Source: Eledone cirrhosa
Lineage: Eukaryota
Length of the DNA: 64,000 nt
Assembly (NCBI GenBank): GCA_964016885.1
Contig: OZ024742.1
Span: forward strand, 339,698,001 to 339,762,000
Reading direction: 5' to 3'
Shown: piece after piece, positions 52,862 through 64,000 of the stretch
Position numbering within the stretch: position 1 is the stretch's first letter
How the letters are laid out: each line of letters begins with the position of its first letter
Made by a program: the position numbers and the translations under genes
The notes under the pieces: generated by a model
The model's input: only the letters and a program-made list of their open reading frames with translations
Told to the model about the DNA's origin: nothing
Database searches by the model: none

Positions 52862-52995
52862 ATTATTATTAAAGGACTTGAAATTACTTCGCTTTTCCTT
52901 ATTCGATATTTACTCCGTCACTCCTATGTGGAAAAAGTACGTTGAGTGCTTGAATTGAATTGCATCAATATTTACCCTAATATATACATACATAC

Positions 52996-53078
<83 letters not shown>

Positions 53079-53103
53079 TTTATTTATTTATGCACACACG
53101 CAC

Positions 53104-53135
<32 letters not shown>

Positions 53136-53155
53136 ATAAATAAATAAATAAATAA

Positions 53156-53209
<54 letters not shown>

Positions 53210-53318
53210 GTTTGAAATGTAGTCGTCACAACAAAAATGATTATAACAATAGTGGACGTCTATAGGTAGTAGTTTAGAAAACCGGGTCTAAAATGGAGAT
53301 CTAAAATCCTGAACGCGG

Positions 53319-53366
53319 CGCCAAGCGATTTCGGCCTGTATGTTCACTAAGCCTTTTTCAAGGGTG
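53319..53366 (-). ncRNA. Degenerate hammerhead, U3:A8 core
   Basis: cc-UUGAAAA-a-ggctt agtgaacatac aggcc-GAAA-tcgc-UU-gg. Confidence 0.45.
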
Positions 53367-53445
53367 GAGTAGCGTTTTGCAAGGTATGGAGAGAGAAAAA
53401 GAAAAACAGACCCTAAAATATATGTTCCGTGCTATTTCCAACTTC

Positions 53446-53555
<110 letters not shown>

Positions 53556-53620
53556 CGTGTGTGTGTATGTGTGTGTATATGTGTGTGTGTGCGTGTGTGT
53601 GTGTGTGTGTGCGTGTGTGC

Positions 53621-53658
<38 letters not shown>

Positions 53659-54120
53659 ATAAGGTTAGTTTGTTCATTTACATATTTACATATTTATTTA
53701 CTTATTTTATTTATTCATTTGTTTATTTGCGAATTTTGGAACACTCTATCAATTCATTGTTAATGAATAATATAGAGAGTGGGGGGGAGGGTAGGTCGAG
53801 TGGGGGAGTGGGGAAGGGGGAGGGAACTTGAGTGGGGAGAAAGGAGAAAAGGGGAGGTAGGTTGAGGTGAAGAGGGGAAAGGGGGAGGTAGGGTTGAGTG
53901 GGGGAGTGAGGGGAAAAGGGTGGGGAGATACGAGAAAAGGGTGGGGGAGAGAGAGGAGATAGAAGAAAGGAGTGGGGGAGAGAGGAGAAAGAGGTGGGGG
54001 AGATAGGGGAAAAGGTGGGGGGAGAGGAGATATGGGTGGGGGAGAGGGAAAATAGGAAGAAATGAAAGGAAGGGGAGACATAAACAAAATCTACTTTGAT
54101 CTTATAAAAATTTGAGTAAC

Positions 54121-54176
<56 letters not shown>

Positions 54177-54201
54177 GTACCTTAAATTTTTATAAGATCA
54201 A

Positions 54202-54272
<71 letters not shown>

Positions 54273-54362
54273 TGTGTGTGTTTGTGTGTGTATAGATAGA
54301 TAGCTAGACATATATAGTACATAGATATCATTGTTCACGTTTTAATTATTGTTGTATATATG

Positions 54363-54437
<75 letters not shown>

Positions 54438-54520
54438 GTATATATATGTATATATATGTATATATATATGTATATGTATATATATATGTATATATATATG
54501 TATATATATATATATGTATG

Positions 54521-54551
<31 letters not shown>

Positions 54552-54740
54552 GTATATATATATATGTATATATATATATTTGCATATGTATATGTATATG
54601 TATAAATATATATATATATATATACATATATGCATATGTATATGTATATGTATGTATATATATATATACATATGTATATATATATGCATATATATATGTA
54701 TATAGATATATATATATGTGTGTGTGTGTGTATGTATATG

Positions 54741-54774
<34 letters not shown>

Positions 54775-54855
54775 TATACAATTGTATATATATATGTGTC
54801 TATACATACACACAAACACACATATATATATACATATATATATATAAATATGTAC

Positions 54856-54894
<39 letters not shown>

Positions 54895-54902
54895 TGTATA
54901 TG

Positions 54903-54933
<31 letters not shown>

Positions 54934-55083
54934 ATATATATACATATGTGTATGTATATGTGTGTTTATATGTCATTATATACCTGCCTGTGTTGTTAAA
55001 ACCCTTGTACTTTTCTCTGGTAATGGGTTCTCTTAATTTATATGGTTGTCATGAGTCACTTTCGGCGCGTTAATATACATACT

Positions 55084-55131
<48 letters not shown>

Positions 55132-55168
55132 TATATGTGTATAGGTATACATATATATATGTATACCT

Positions 55169-55239
<71 letters not shown>

Positions 55240-55255
55240 TATATATGTATAACTA

Positions 55256-55294
<39 letters not shown>

Positions 55295-55881
55295 TACTCA
55301 CACATACATAACTTTATATATTTAGTTATTAAAAGGCAATTTTCATAACTTTTAAATTGTTATGGCTGCGGTTGTTTTTGAGGGTATTTTTTTTATATAT
55401 ATATACTTTTATTTGTTCATTTTCGTGTTTTTTCCTCCCTATTTTATCGCGATGTTCGCCGTAGTTGCTGTCGAGATTTCCGCTGGAGACGTTGCCGTCA
55501 TCATCATAATAGCCGCCATTGTTGTGGTTGTTGTTCTAGTTATTGTTGTTGTTGTTGTTATTTCTACAGTTTGTTATGTTGTTTTTTTTAAATAGATTTA
55601 TTGCATTGCAGCTATTTTTATTGTTAGTCATGTTTTTAAAAAATATATTTTCGTATTGTTGTCCTTGTTGTAGTTGTTGTTGTTGTTATTGTTGTTGTTA
55701 TTGTTAGTATTATTATTGTTGTTGTTGTTGTTGTTGTTGTTGTTAATATTGTTGTTGTGTTTGTTGTTATTGTTGTTGTTACTATTGTTTTTGCTGTTGA
55801 ATTAATTCTTACTTACTGGTTTCATTTTTTGTCCCATGGGAGGATTTGAAATCAGTTTTGCCGACGAACAAAGTAATAAAC

Positions 55882-55937
<56 letters not shown>

Positions 55938-56571
55938 AATTAAAATACATTAAAAGAAATGTAATAAGATATAATTATAGATCGTCCCTTTACAACAATT
56001 AATGACAGAAATATATTATATTATTAACTTTTTTTTCTTTGTCTTGTCTCGTGACTACTCGAACCCTCGACGTCAAACATGATGCTGCGACAAACATGTT
56101 ACACTCAATTTTCGCAGATGCCTACTTTTCGGAAAGTATATGTAGTTCACCGAATCTGCTTAAAGAGGCAACCAAATGGCGTCTATGATGAGACACATTT
56201 TCCCGTAATCACACCCTATCACACCCTAAAGAAAAGAAAACAAAAACAAGACAAACAGATAAAACAATGAAGGCCACAGTGGTCAATTTAGACTTAGATA
56301 TATAAAAAAATGAGATCACAGTATTATGGGCTTGTTGTTAGAATGTCTCTGGAATAAATCGCTGGACAAGTTTTATGGACAAAGCTAGGAAAAGATGTTT
56401 GGTTAACATCCATAGGTTCGACTAGTCTATCTTAAGGATCTAGTCGGATCAGTTGAAAACGGTTGCTTCCGACAGGACTTGCTGGAAGGAGAGTTTGAAG
56501 AATTTGTCTCCCACGACATCCTCGGGAATAAGTAGACGACGAAGAAGAAGATGGAGAAGTAAAATAAGAAA

Positions 56572-56609
<38 letters not shown>

Positions 56610-56759
56610 TAATAATAATAATAATAATAATAATAATGCTTTCTTTATTGATCACTAGGGTTTACATAAAGTAGACATTAAGGACAGTACAGGACAATAC
56701 AGGACGGTACAAAAGGGAATTTCTGCGTGTAAAAAACCCCCAAAACAGAGGATTTAATA

Positions 56760-59700
56760 GAACAATGAAAAAATTCCCCAATAGGAGGGGAGACTTCCGA
56801 GGGACATTCGTGGAGAAAGCCCATTAAAAAGCCACAGTGACCCTGACAACCAGGACAGGGGCTTTCTCCCAGTTTTCCACCTTTAATTTACAGACACATA
56901 CTCAGAGTAGGCCCATTCACTCGGGCCATTCTTGCCTCTCTCACCCATCTTTCAACAAAATGCTGCGAAGAGAGCACTTCCCTCTCTACCCTGATTTTCC
57001 TTTTCAAATGAAATTTGAAAAAGTTAATCAGGGCATCACCGAAGAGGTAAGTGTTCGTCTTCAGCCCTTTCAAACGTGTCCACCATACTATCTCTTTCGC
57101 CATGGCCACCAGACAGATAAAAGCTGCCTGCCCTTACCGGCTAAAGGAAAAGGGCGGGGCAATCCTCACGATGGACTCAGCTGATAGCTGGCCATCCTAC
57201 ACGCGACAGCAGGTGTTCGACATAAACCCACAAGTCAGCAATGCTCGGACACTGGAAGAATGCGTGCAGGACGGTTTCGTCACCCTGCGCGCATCTCGGA
57301 CATGCCCGGCTGACGGCACCTCCATGCCTGTAGAGTTTATCCCGAACTGGCAAAGCTCCCCGGTAGCACTGCCAGGCCAGGGATTTCTGGAAGTTGTCCA
57401 TAGGCCCCGACCTGAAAGTCCTTCCGAAGAGATTGGCTAGTTGATTTTCGTCGACGCCTAGAGTTTCTCCAAGTACGTCGTCGCTCTTCCCCTCCACTAA
57501 TCCCCTATAGAACGCAAAGGTGGAGTTTCCACCGATCACATTGCCCGATTGGTCGAGGGCTGTGAGCGCCTGAAGACATTCCAGTCTCCAAGCGCTCCCT
57601 CTCGGTCTTCGCTTGACCCAGGACTGCAGCTCCGTTAAGGAAACGAGCTGGGGAAAGACGTGTCTAGCAAACGGCGACTACACCTGATCACCGTCGAGGA
57701 AGAGGTGGAGATGTCGTAGCCTGAGCGCGTGTCTGCGCATCATCAGCCACGGCATGCCCAGCCCTCAACGTAGCGGGTGTTGACAATAGATGGACCGCCT
57801 GACCATCGGAGCGCGTCCCTTCCACAAAAAGCGAAAAAGCAAACGCTCCAGCGCAGTCAGGTGGGGTTTAGGACAAGGTACGACGGTCAGGCGGTAGCAG
57901 ATGACAGACGCGATGTACGCGTTAGCCACCTCCGCTCGACCTTTCAGGGATAGCTTCCTCTCCGCCCATTTCTGGGTGAGAGAAGCCACCCTGCTCGTCA
58001 CCTCGTCCCAGTTTTTGTCCGTCTGGAGGTCCGGACCGAACCAGACCCCTAGCAATTCAACCGGTCCGTCCGTCCAGCGTCCGACGACGCTGTTGGACGG
58101 CATGGACCTGCCTCTCCAGGTGCCGAACTGCAGGCCCACTGGCTTTTCCTGGTTGATCATTGCTCCTGTCACCGCTTCGTATTCTCTTAGTGTAGTGCCG
58201 ATCGCCTCGATGTGTTTGGCGTTCGACACCACTACGGTGACATCGTCGGCATATGCTGACACGGATCCTCCGCATCCTAGTTCGTGCGGGACGCCCCTCA
58301 ACGTCTTCAGTTTGTGCAGTAATCGCTCGAGAGTCAATACGTACAAGGCGGACCGAGCGCATGATGTTGAACGGTTCCGAAAGGTGACCGTTCACTCTCA
58401 CCACAGAGCAGATGTCGCTGTGCATGGCAGCGATCCAGCCTCTGAAGAAGGGCCCAAAGCCAACCGCCCTCAGGACTGCCGCTAGGTAACGATGGTCGAC
58501 TCTATAGAAAGCTTTCGACTGATCTAAATTGATCAAGGACCCACCCGTGCCAGGTTCCCTAGCTACCCTCTCTACGATGTATCGCATGAGGTGGAGGTTG
58601 TCGTGGATGGATCTGTCGGGAATGGCGCATGTCTGCGCCTCTCCAACCAGACCACCAACGACAAGCACCAACCTCTTTGCTAGCACCTTGGCCAAAAGCT
58701 TGAACTCTGTGTTTAGCAGAGTTATGGGCCTGAAATTATCTATGTTATCCCCCTTGTTCGGATCCTTTCTCAGCAGCGCCACCGGCCCTCGGCTCACAGA
58801 GCTGGAAATTATTCCGTTCTGTTGCCAGTTGCAGTAGACGTCAGCCAAGAGGCCTCCGAACAAGTCTGGCATTGGTACGTAAAGTTCATAGGGCAGACCA
58901 TCCAAACCAGGCGATTTACCCCTTGTGCAGCCAGTCATTGCCTCCCGTACTTCAGCGGCTGTTATCAGCTTTTCGCAACACTCCGCCTCAGTGGCCGAGA
59001 GCCGCGGCAGTCCATCGAGGTAGACACTAAAGTCCATGCCTCGATCCGTCCCGCCGCTGCCCCCGAACAGTTGAGCTAAGTGTCGCTGAAAAGCTTCACA
59101 CATTTGCTCGGGATCGAGTAGCATGCGCCCGTGGTGGTCCACCAAAGACCGGATCGTGGCTTTGTTGCCACGACGCGCCTCCGCCACTCGGGCCCATTGA
59201 ACGGCTTTCATCCCCTCGTGTCTGAGAGCACGCACCCTAGCTCTGACAACGGGCCAATTTCGCAGCAAGTACGTCGGTCGCGATGCCTTTGCTAAGCGCC
59301 TCGTCTAATTTTCTAACTAGTTCCCCCTCTGCTCTATTTTTCTCTATAGCTAAGCCTTACTAAACCTAATGGACTCTATTCTAATCGCTCTTTTCAGAGC
59401 AAACCACCACTTGTTGTTGACGATGGCCCCGTCAACGCTCGCTTAACTAGTTCGCTAATCCGGTCTCTGTAGGCCTTGCGCGCTGGTAAGGACGCGTTTA
59501 GCTTCCAGTAGCCGGGTCCTCGTCTATGAAGCCTATCTAAGTCAAGCACACAGATCACGAATTTGTGGTCCGTGTAGCTGACTATCTTGAATTGTGGACA
59601 GCCTATGCTAGACCTATCTATTTCCCTACAAAATACTCTAGATAGGATCTGGTTGACTCGATACGATTTGTCCAAGTCCACATTGGCACATTTGGGAAAT

Positions 59701-60239
59701 CCCATCGGTACCTATCAGACAGTTCAAAACGTCTCAGCAGGTTGGTGAGGCTCTTGCACCCTCCTCCCCTATCCGCTAATCCCACACAGTCCCAGCGTGC
59801 ATCTAAGATCCCGTTCCAGTCGCCCACTAACACTAAAGAGCCGGACGTTACTAGAAAGGTCTCCAGACGCTGGAAGAAATGAAGCCGCCCTGCTCCTGTC
59901 GGGGCATAGACGGCCACTAGCCTGAAAGCTTGCCCGTCTCCGCTGGTCACGTCCAGCACCACCAACTTACCTTCTGGGTCTAGGAAGATGGCCCGTATGG
60001 CGAGATCCAAACCTCTCCGAAAAAGCACAGCAACTCACCCCCGATCCAGGACGGCTGGGAGATGCGTACACATCGTAGCCGCCGAGGATCGGTGCGAAGG
60101 CCCGTGCTTCGGAGATTCTGGTCTCGCTGATGGCCACTACATCTCTGTTTAGTGACCTGAGGTCGTTGAGCAGGTGGTCCTGCTTCCATGACGACCCGAA
60201 GCCACGCGCATTTATGCTGCCTATTCTGAGTGAGGTCAT
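56760..60239 (-). pseudogene. ORF2: APE endonuclease, reverse transcriptase, C-terminal zinc motif (frameshifted)
   Basis: IGSINARG, AISETR, VYAP, VGDWN, TDHK, GYWKLN, KSPGLDGLP, NFRPITLLN, LDQSKAF, AYADD, LSLKGR, CPRC..ETVLHAFFQC. Confidence 0.92.
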
Positions 60240-60273
60240 GTTGAAATGGAGTGGAAAAGATGGGAAAGACCAC

Positions 60274-62335
60274 TTACCTTACTTCTTCTCGAAGAGGAAG
60301 GATGGTTTCACCATCCCTTTTCACTTGATCGTCTGGTGAAGGGACCGTTGAATCGCCCCTTCGGCTGGTCGTCGGCTCTTCTTTGAGTATATCCGAATAT
60401 ACCCTCCGGTTGAGTGTCCCTCCTAGGTCTCTGAAATCACCAACTGCGTTGGGGAATTTCGTTTTAATGTTTGTGTATTGTTTCTGTGCTATTTTTACCA
60501 GTCTTATGTTCGTTGGTGTTTTGATTGGTGCTGGTATTATGTAGTCGTGCTGTGAAATGTCTGTGTGTTCAATTATGTAAGTCATTAATTTCTTGTTGTG
60601 TGTATTAATTGCTGTGCAGTTGTTTTTCTGGGGGTGGGGTGTGGTTCTGCTATTTTCTTGTCGTTGTTGCTGGATGTGTGTGTTTTGTTGTGTTTGCGAT
60701 GTTGGTGCTTGTGGTGGTGGTGTTGAAGGTGTTGTTGTTGTTGGCGGTGGGGTTGCCGCCGGTGGTGATGGTGTTGGTGGTGTTGCTGCTGTAAGTCTTT
60801 TTGCAGTAGCCTTTACTCTTTTTTCGTTTATTCCTCCCTTTTCGAAGGCGACGATGCGCTGCTTCTGCGTTTGTGCCTTCTTGCGACCTTTTGCCATCCC
60901 TCTCCCACCTCACACTCCATGTCCGATTCTGTGAGGTCGGGGAGGCATACCAGCTCCACTCTTTCACTTGTTGTTGTTGGTGATGTTTGCAGTGGAGTCT
61001 CTGTTGCAGCTGCAGTTGGTATTGCTGTTGTTGTTGTTAATACTTCCACCGCTGCTGCTGTCTTGATTTCCGTGGCGTGGGTATGGGTGCCACGGACCTA
61101 TCCTTCCTGGTTGCCGCTTGTCCTGTTGCTGGTAGCAGTGGAGCCGGTTTCGGAAGGATTTTCTTCTTTCTCAGGGTGTTCTCATTGCAGAAGGCCCTGA
61201 GGTGAGTCTTCGATCCACAGCGAAAGCATTTCGCGCGTTTGCCCTCAACAGTTATGGGCAGTTGAGTGCCGTTATCGAAGTCTATCACATCCGGGATAGC
61301 TTCGATGCACTTCTGGTTGGTTTGCATTAACATCTCAATGGAGGTGCCGACCCAATCGTTTTTTCTGTACTTGCAGTACAGTTGTTTTGTCCTCGATTCC
61401 GACGAGGACAGACGCGACCAGCCAAGAAGGGGCCATCGCGGGGGTGGGGGGTGGGGGGTGGGGGTCAGTTTGACCCTCACAATTTTTTGTCCGCAGTAGG
61501 AGGGCACCAACACCATTTCCTCACTCCTTAGGGTCACTAAGGATTGAGCCTTTGCCTCCTGGGGTGTGGCAAAAAGCACGTCCACGGTGGCATATTTCTT
61601 GCCTCGGGTGATATGCGTTTTGCGCTGCCACACAGACCCTAAGGCTTTTTGTATTTGAGCCTCTGTGGCCCTTTCAACCCTACGGGATTTTGTGCTTACT
61701 GTACGGTACGTGACCGTACAGTGCTGTTGGGTTTCGAAAAAGTTTTCGGCTGCCTTGCAGATTGCTCGGTGTCCGGTTTTCGTCACCATCTTCTTTGCTT
61801 CCTGTAATTCCTCATTTGTTATAAGGATGGTTTCCAGGTTCTTTGCGATACCTGCAAACGAGATTGGTTTTTCTTTGTTGTTGTTGTTGTCGTCGTCAGA
61901 GCTGCTGTTACTTTTGTTGTTGCTGCTGTGGTTGCTGTTGTTGTTGCTGCTGCTGCTGCTGCTGCTGTTGTTGCTGTTGCTGCTAATGCTGTTGTTGTTT
62001 ATGCTGCTGCTGATGCTGTTGCGGCTGCTACTGTTATTTTCCTCGTCACTGTTGCTGCTGCTGCTGTTATTACGGCTGCTACTGCTATTATTCATGACGT
62101 CAGATGAATGAAATGGGTTTTCGTATTTACCGCACATCTTTTTCGTCGTTGTCATCGTCGTGGAGAAATGTTCCACGTTTTGCACGTGATTTTGGAAACT
62201 ATTTTTCTTTACTGGCGTCGCTTGCGAAAGAGAAGGGAGGGAGAGAGACAATTTTCTCTCTGCTGTAGTGACGATTGAGGAAGAAGAAGACGGAATGAGT
62301 TGGAGTGACTTGTGAAAATTCTTTTTTGTAGCCAT
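60274..62335 (-). pseudogene. ORF1 nucleic-acid-binding protein (frameshifted)
   Basis: Asn/Ser-rich N-terminus, VEGKRAKCFRCGSKTHLRAFC knuckle; continues in shifted frames and stops 35 nt before the ORF2 ATG. Confidence 0.8.
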
Positions 62336-62570
62336 GTTTTTTTTTGTTTTAAAATAAATATTGGGCACAAAACCCTAATAAGTGGTTATTTAATCCCGAA
62401 GTGCCAAATAACGGGCAGAAAGACCCCTCTCACGAGGAGGAGGGTGTTTTTGTCTACAATTTGGTTTAAGTTTTAAACAATTTACAATTGTTATAGCGGT
62501 TAAACTTTACAATACCTTACAGAGCCGAACCTCCGACAACCATGGCATTCAATAATAATAATAATAATGA

Positions 62571-63104
62571 TTTCTTTATTGGCCACATGGGCTGACATCA
62601 AGAAAAACATTACAGACGGCACAGGACGGTACAGGACGGTACGATGTGGGTTTTGTGTGTGTAAATATTTTTATTATTTATATAAGAAAAGAAAAAAAGA
62701 CATAGAAACATATATATATATATAAACAATGAAAATGAAAATTGAAACAATGAAAAATTCCCCAATAGGGGGGAAACCTCCGAGAGTTACTCGTGGAGAA
62801 AACCACACAAAAGACCACGGCCACCCTGACCACCAGGAGGAGCGCCCTCTCTTGATTTTTTTCCATTTCTCAAACTACAGACGTATATTCAGAGCGGTCC
62901 CATTCACTCGGACCATTCTCGCTACGTTCACCCACCTTTCAACAAACTTGCTAGAAGGCAGCACCTGCCTCTCCACCCTGATTTTCCTCTTCAAGTGAAA
63001 CTTGAAAAAGTTAATGAGGGTTTCGCCGAAGAGGAAAGTGTGTCTTTAACCCTTTCAACCTTGTCCACCACACAATCTCTTTCGCCATGGCCATCAGGCA
63101 GATG
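62571..63104 (-). mobile_element. 5'-truncated second Tx1-type copy (3' end)
   Basis: Homologous to 56640-57115; flanked by aataataataatga on both sides. Confidence 0.85.
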
Positions 63105-63118
63105 AATAATAATAATGA

Positions 63119-63222
63119 GAAGAAGAAGAAGAAGAAGAAGAAGAAGAAGAAGAAGAAGAAGAAGAAGAAGAAGAAGAAGAAGAAGAAGAAGAAGAAGAAG
63201 AAGAAGAAGAAGAAGAAGAAGA
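63119..63222. repeat. (GAA)n microsatellite
   Basis: Pure GAA tract. Confidence 0.95.
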
Positions 63223-63385
63223 AATATGTGATTGTCATGGCTAGAACATCGTTGATTAATATGTTTGCTGGATCTGGGTTGAATCGGGGAAAAAAAACAA
63301 CGGCAAACATTAAAACTAAGAAACTATTGGTTTGGCTGTATTTGTGTACGTCTTCGCCATTATGAGTGGCCTTGATTGGAGATAT

Positions 63386-64000
63386 TGAGAAACTGTGGCT
63401 ATAATACTGTGAAACTGTGGCTATAGTACTGTGAAACTGTGGCTATAATACTGTGAAACTGGCTATAGTACTGTGAAACTGTGGCTATAATACTGTCAAA
63501 CTGTGGCTATATTACTGTGAAACAATGGCTATAATACTGTGAAACTGGCTATAGTACTGTGAAACTGTGGCTATAATACTGTCAAACTGTGGCTATATTA
63601 CTGTGAAACAATGGCTATAATACTGTCAAACTGTGGCTATATTACTGTGAAACTGTGGCTATAATACTGTCAAACTGTGGCTATATTACTGTGAAACAAT
63701 GGCTATAATACTGTCAAACTGTGGCTATATTACTGTGAAACAATGGCTATAATACTGTCAAACTGTGGCTATAGTACTGTGAAGCAATGGCTATAATACT
63801 GTCAAACTGTGGCTATAGTACTGTGAAACTGTGGCTATAATACTGTCAAACTGTGGCTATATTACTGTGAAACAATGGCTATAATACTGTGAAACTGGCT
63901 ATAGTACTGTGAAACTGTGGCTATAATACTGTCAAACTGTGGCTATATTACTGTGAAACAATGGCTATAATACTGTCAAACTGTGGCTATATTACTGTGA
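63386..64000. repeat. 22-bp minisatellite ctgt(g/c)aaac(tg/aa)tggctata(a/g/t)ta
   Basis: Head-to-tail units with no spacers, running off the window end. Confidence 0.95.

Larger units (their letters stand above)
56640..62550 (-). mobile_element. Near-full-length Tx1/L1-clade LINE inserted in (AAT)n
   Basis: ORF1 with CCHC knuckle, ORF2 APE-RT-Zn, 3' aataaagaaa end; (AAT)n on both flanks. Confidence 0.9.

Noticed and set aside
56040-56250. Strong minus-strand acceptor (ttttcttttctttag) followed by unique sequence
   Set aside because: All frames close quickly; it could be a terminal or non-coding exon but needs RNA evidence.
63386-64000. CRISPR-like array
   Set aside because: Contiguous tandem units with no unique spacers, no cas genes, eukaryotic context.

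Overview
AT-rich, microsatellite-saturated animal DNA. The SINE and repeat landscape looks cephalopod/Octopus-like (inference). I cannot support any host protein-coding exon; nearly all listed ORFs are translations of (TA)n, (CA)n, (GAA)n, (GGT)n or (CAA)n tracts. The real content is transposon-derived: a near-full-length RTE LINE (34.7-38.0 kb, +), a near-full-length Tx1/L1-type LINE in (AAT)n (56.6-62.55 kb, -), CRE-like and R4/Dong-like endonuclease fragments, Penelope-like (GIY-YIG) remnants, Helitrons and two tRNA-derived SINE families. The main hidden signal is RNA structure: about 20 hammerhead-ribozyme motifs found by eye on both strands, most in short repeats inserted into (TA)n. They include minimal type I forms with palindromic stem III and U3:A8 core variants. 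Two sequence-unrelated repeat families (7.36-7.43 kb; 24.0 and 24.5 kb) carry hammerheads whose three core strands are in a non-circularly permuted order (stemIII-UH-stemI / stemII-GAAA-stemIII / stemI-CUGANGA-stemII). One of these families forms a 508-nt ribozyme-to-ribozyme tandem unit. All pairings were read manually; no folding software or database search was run.
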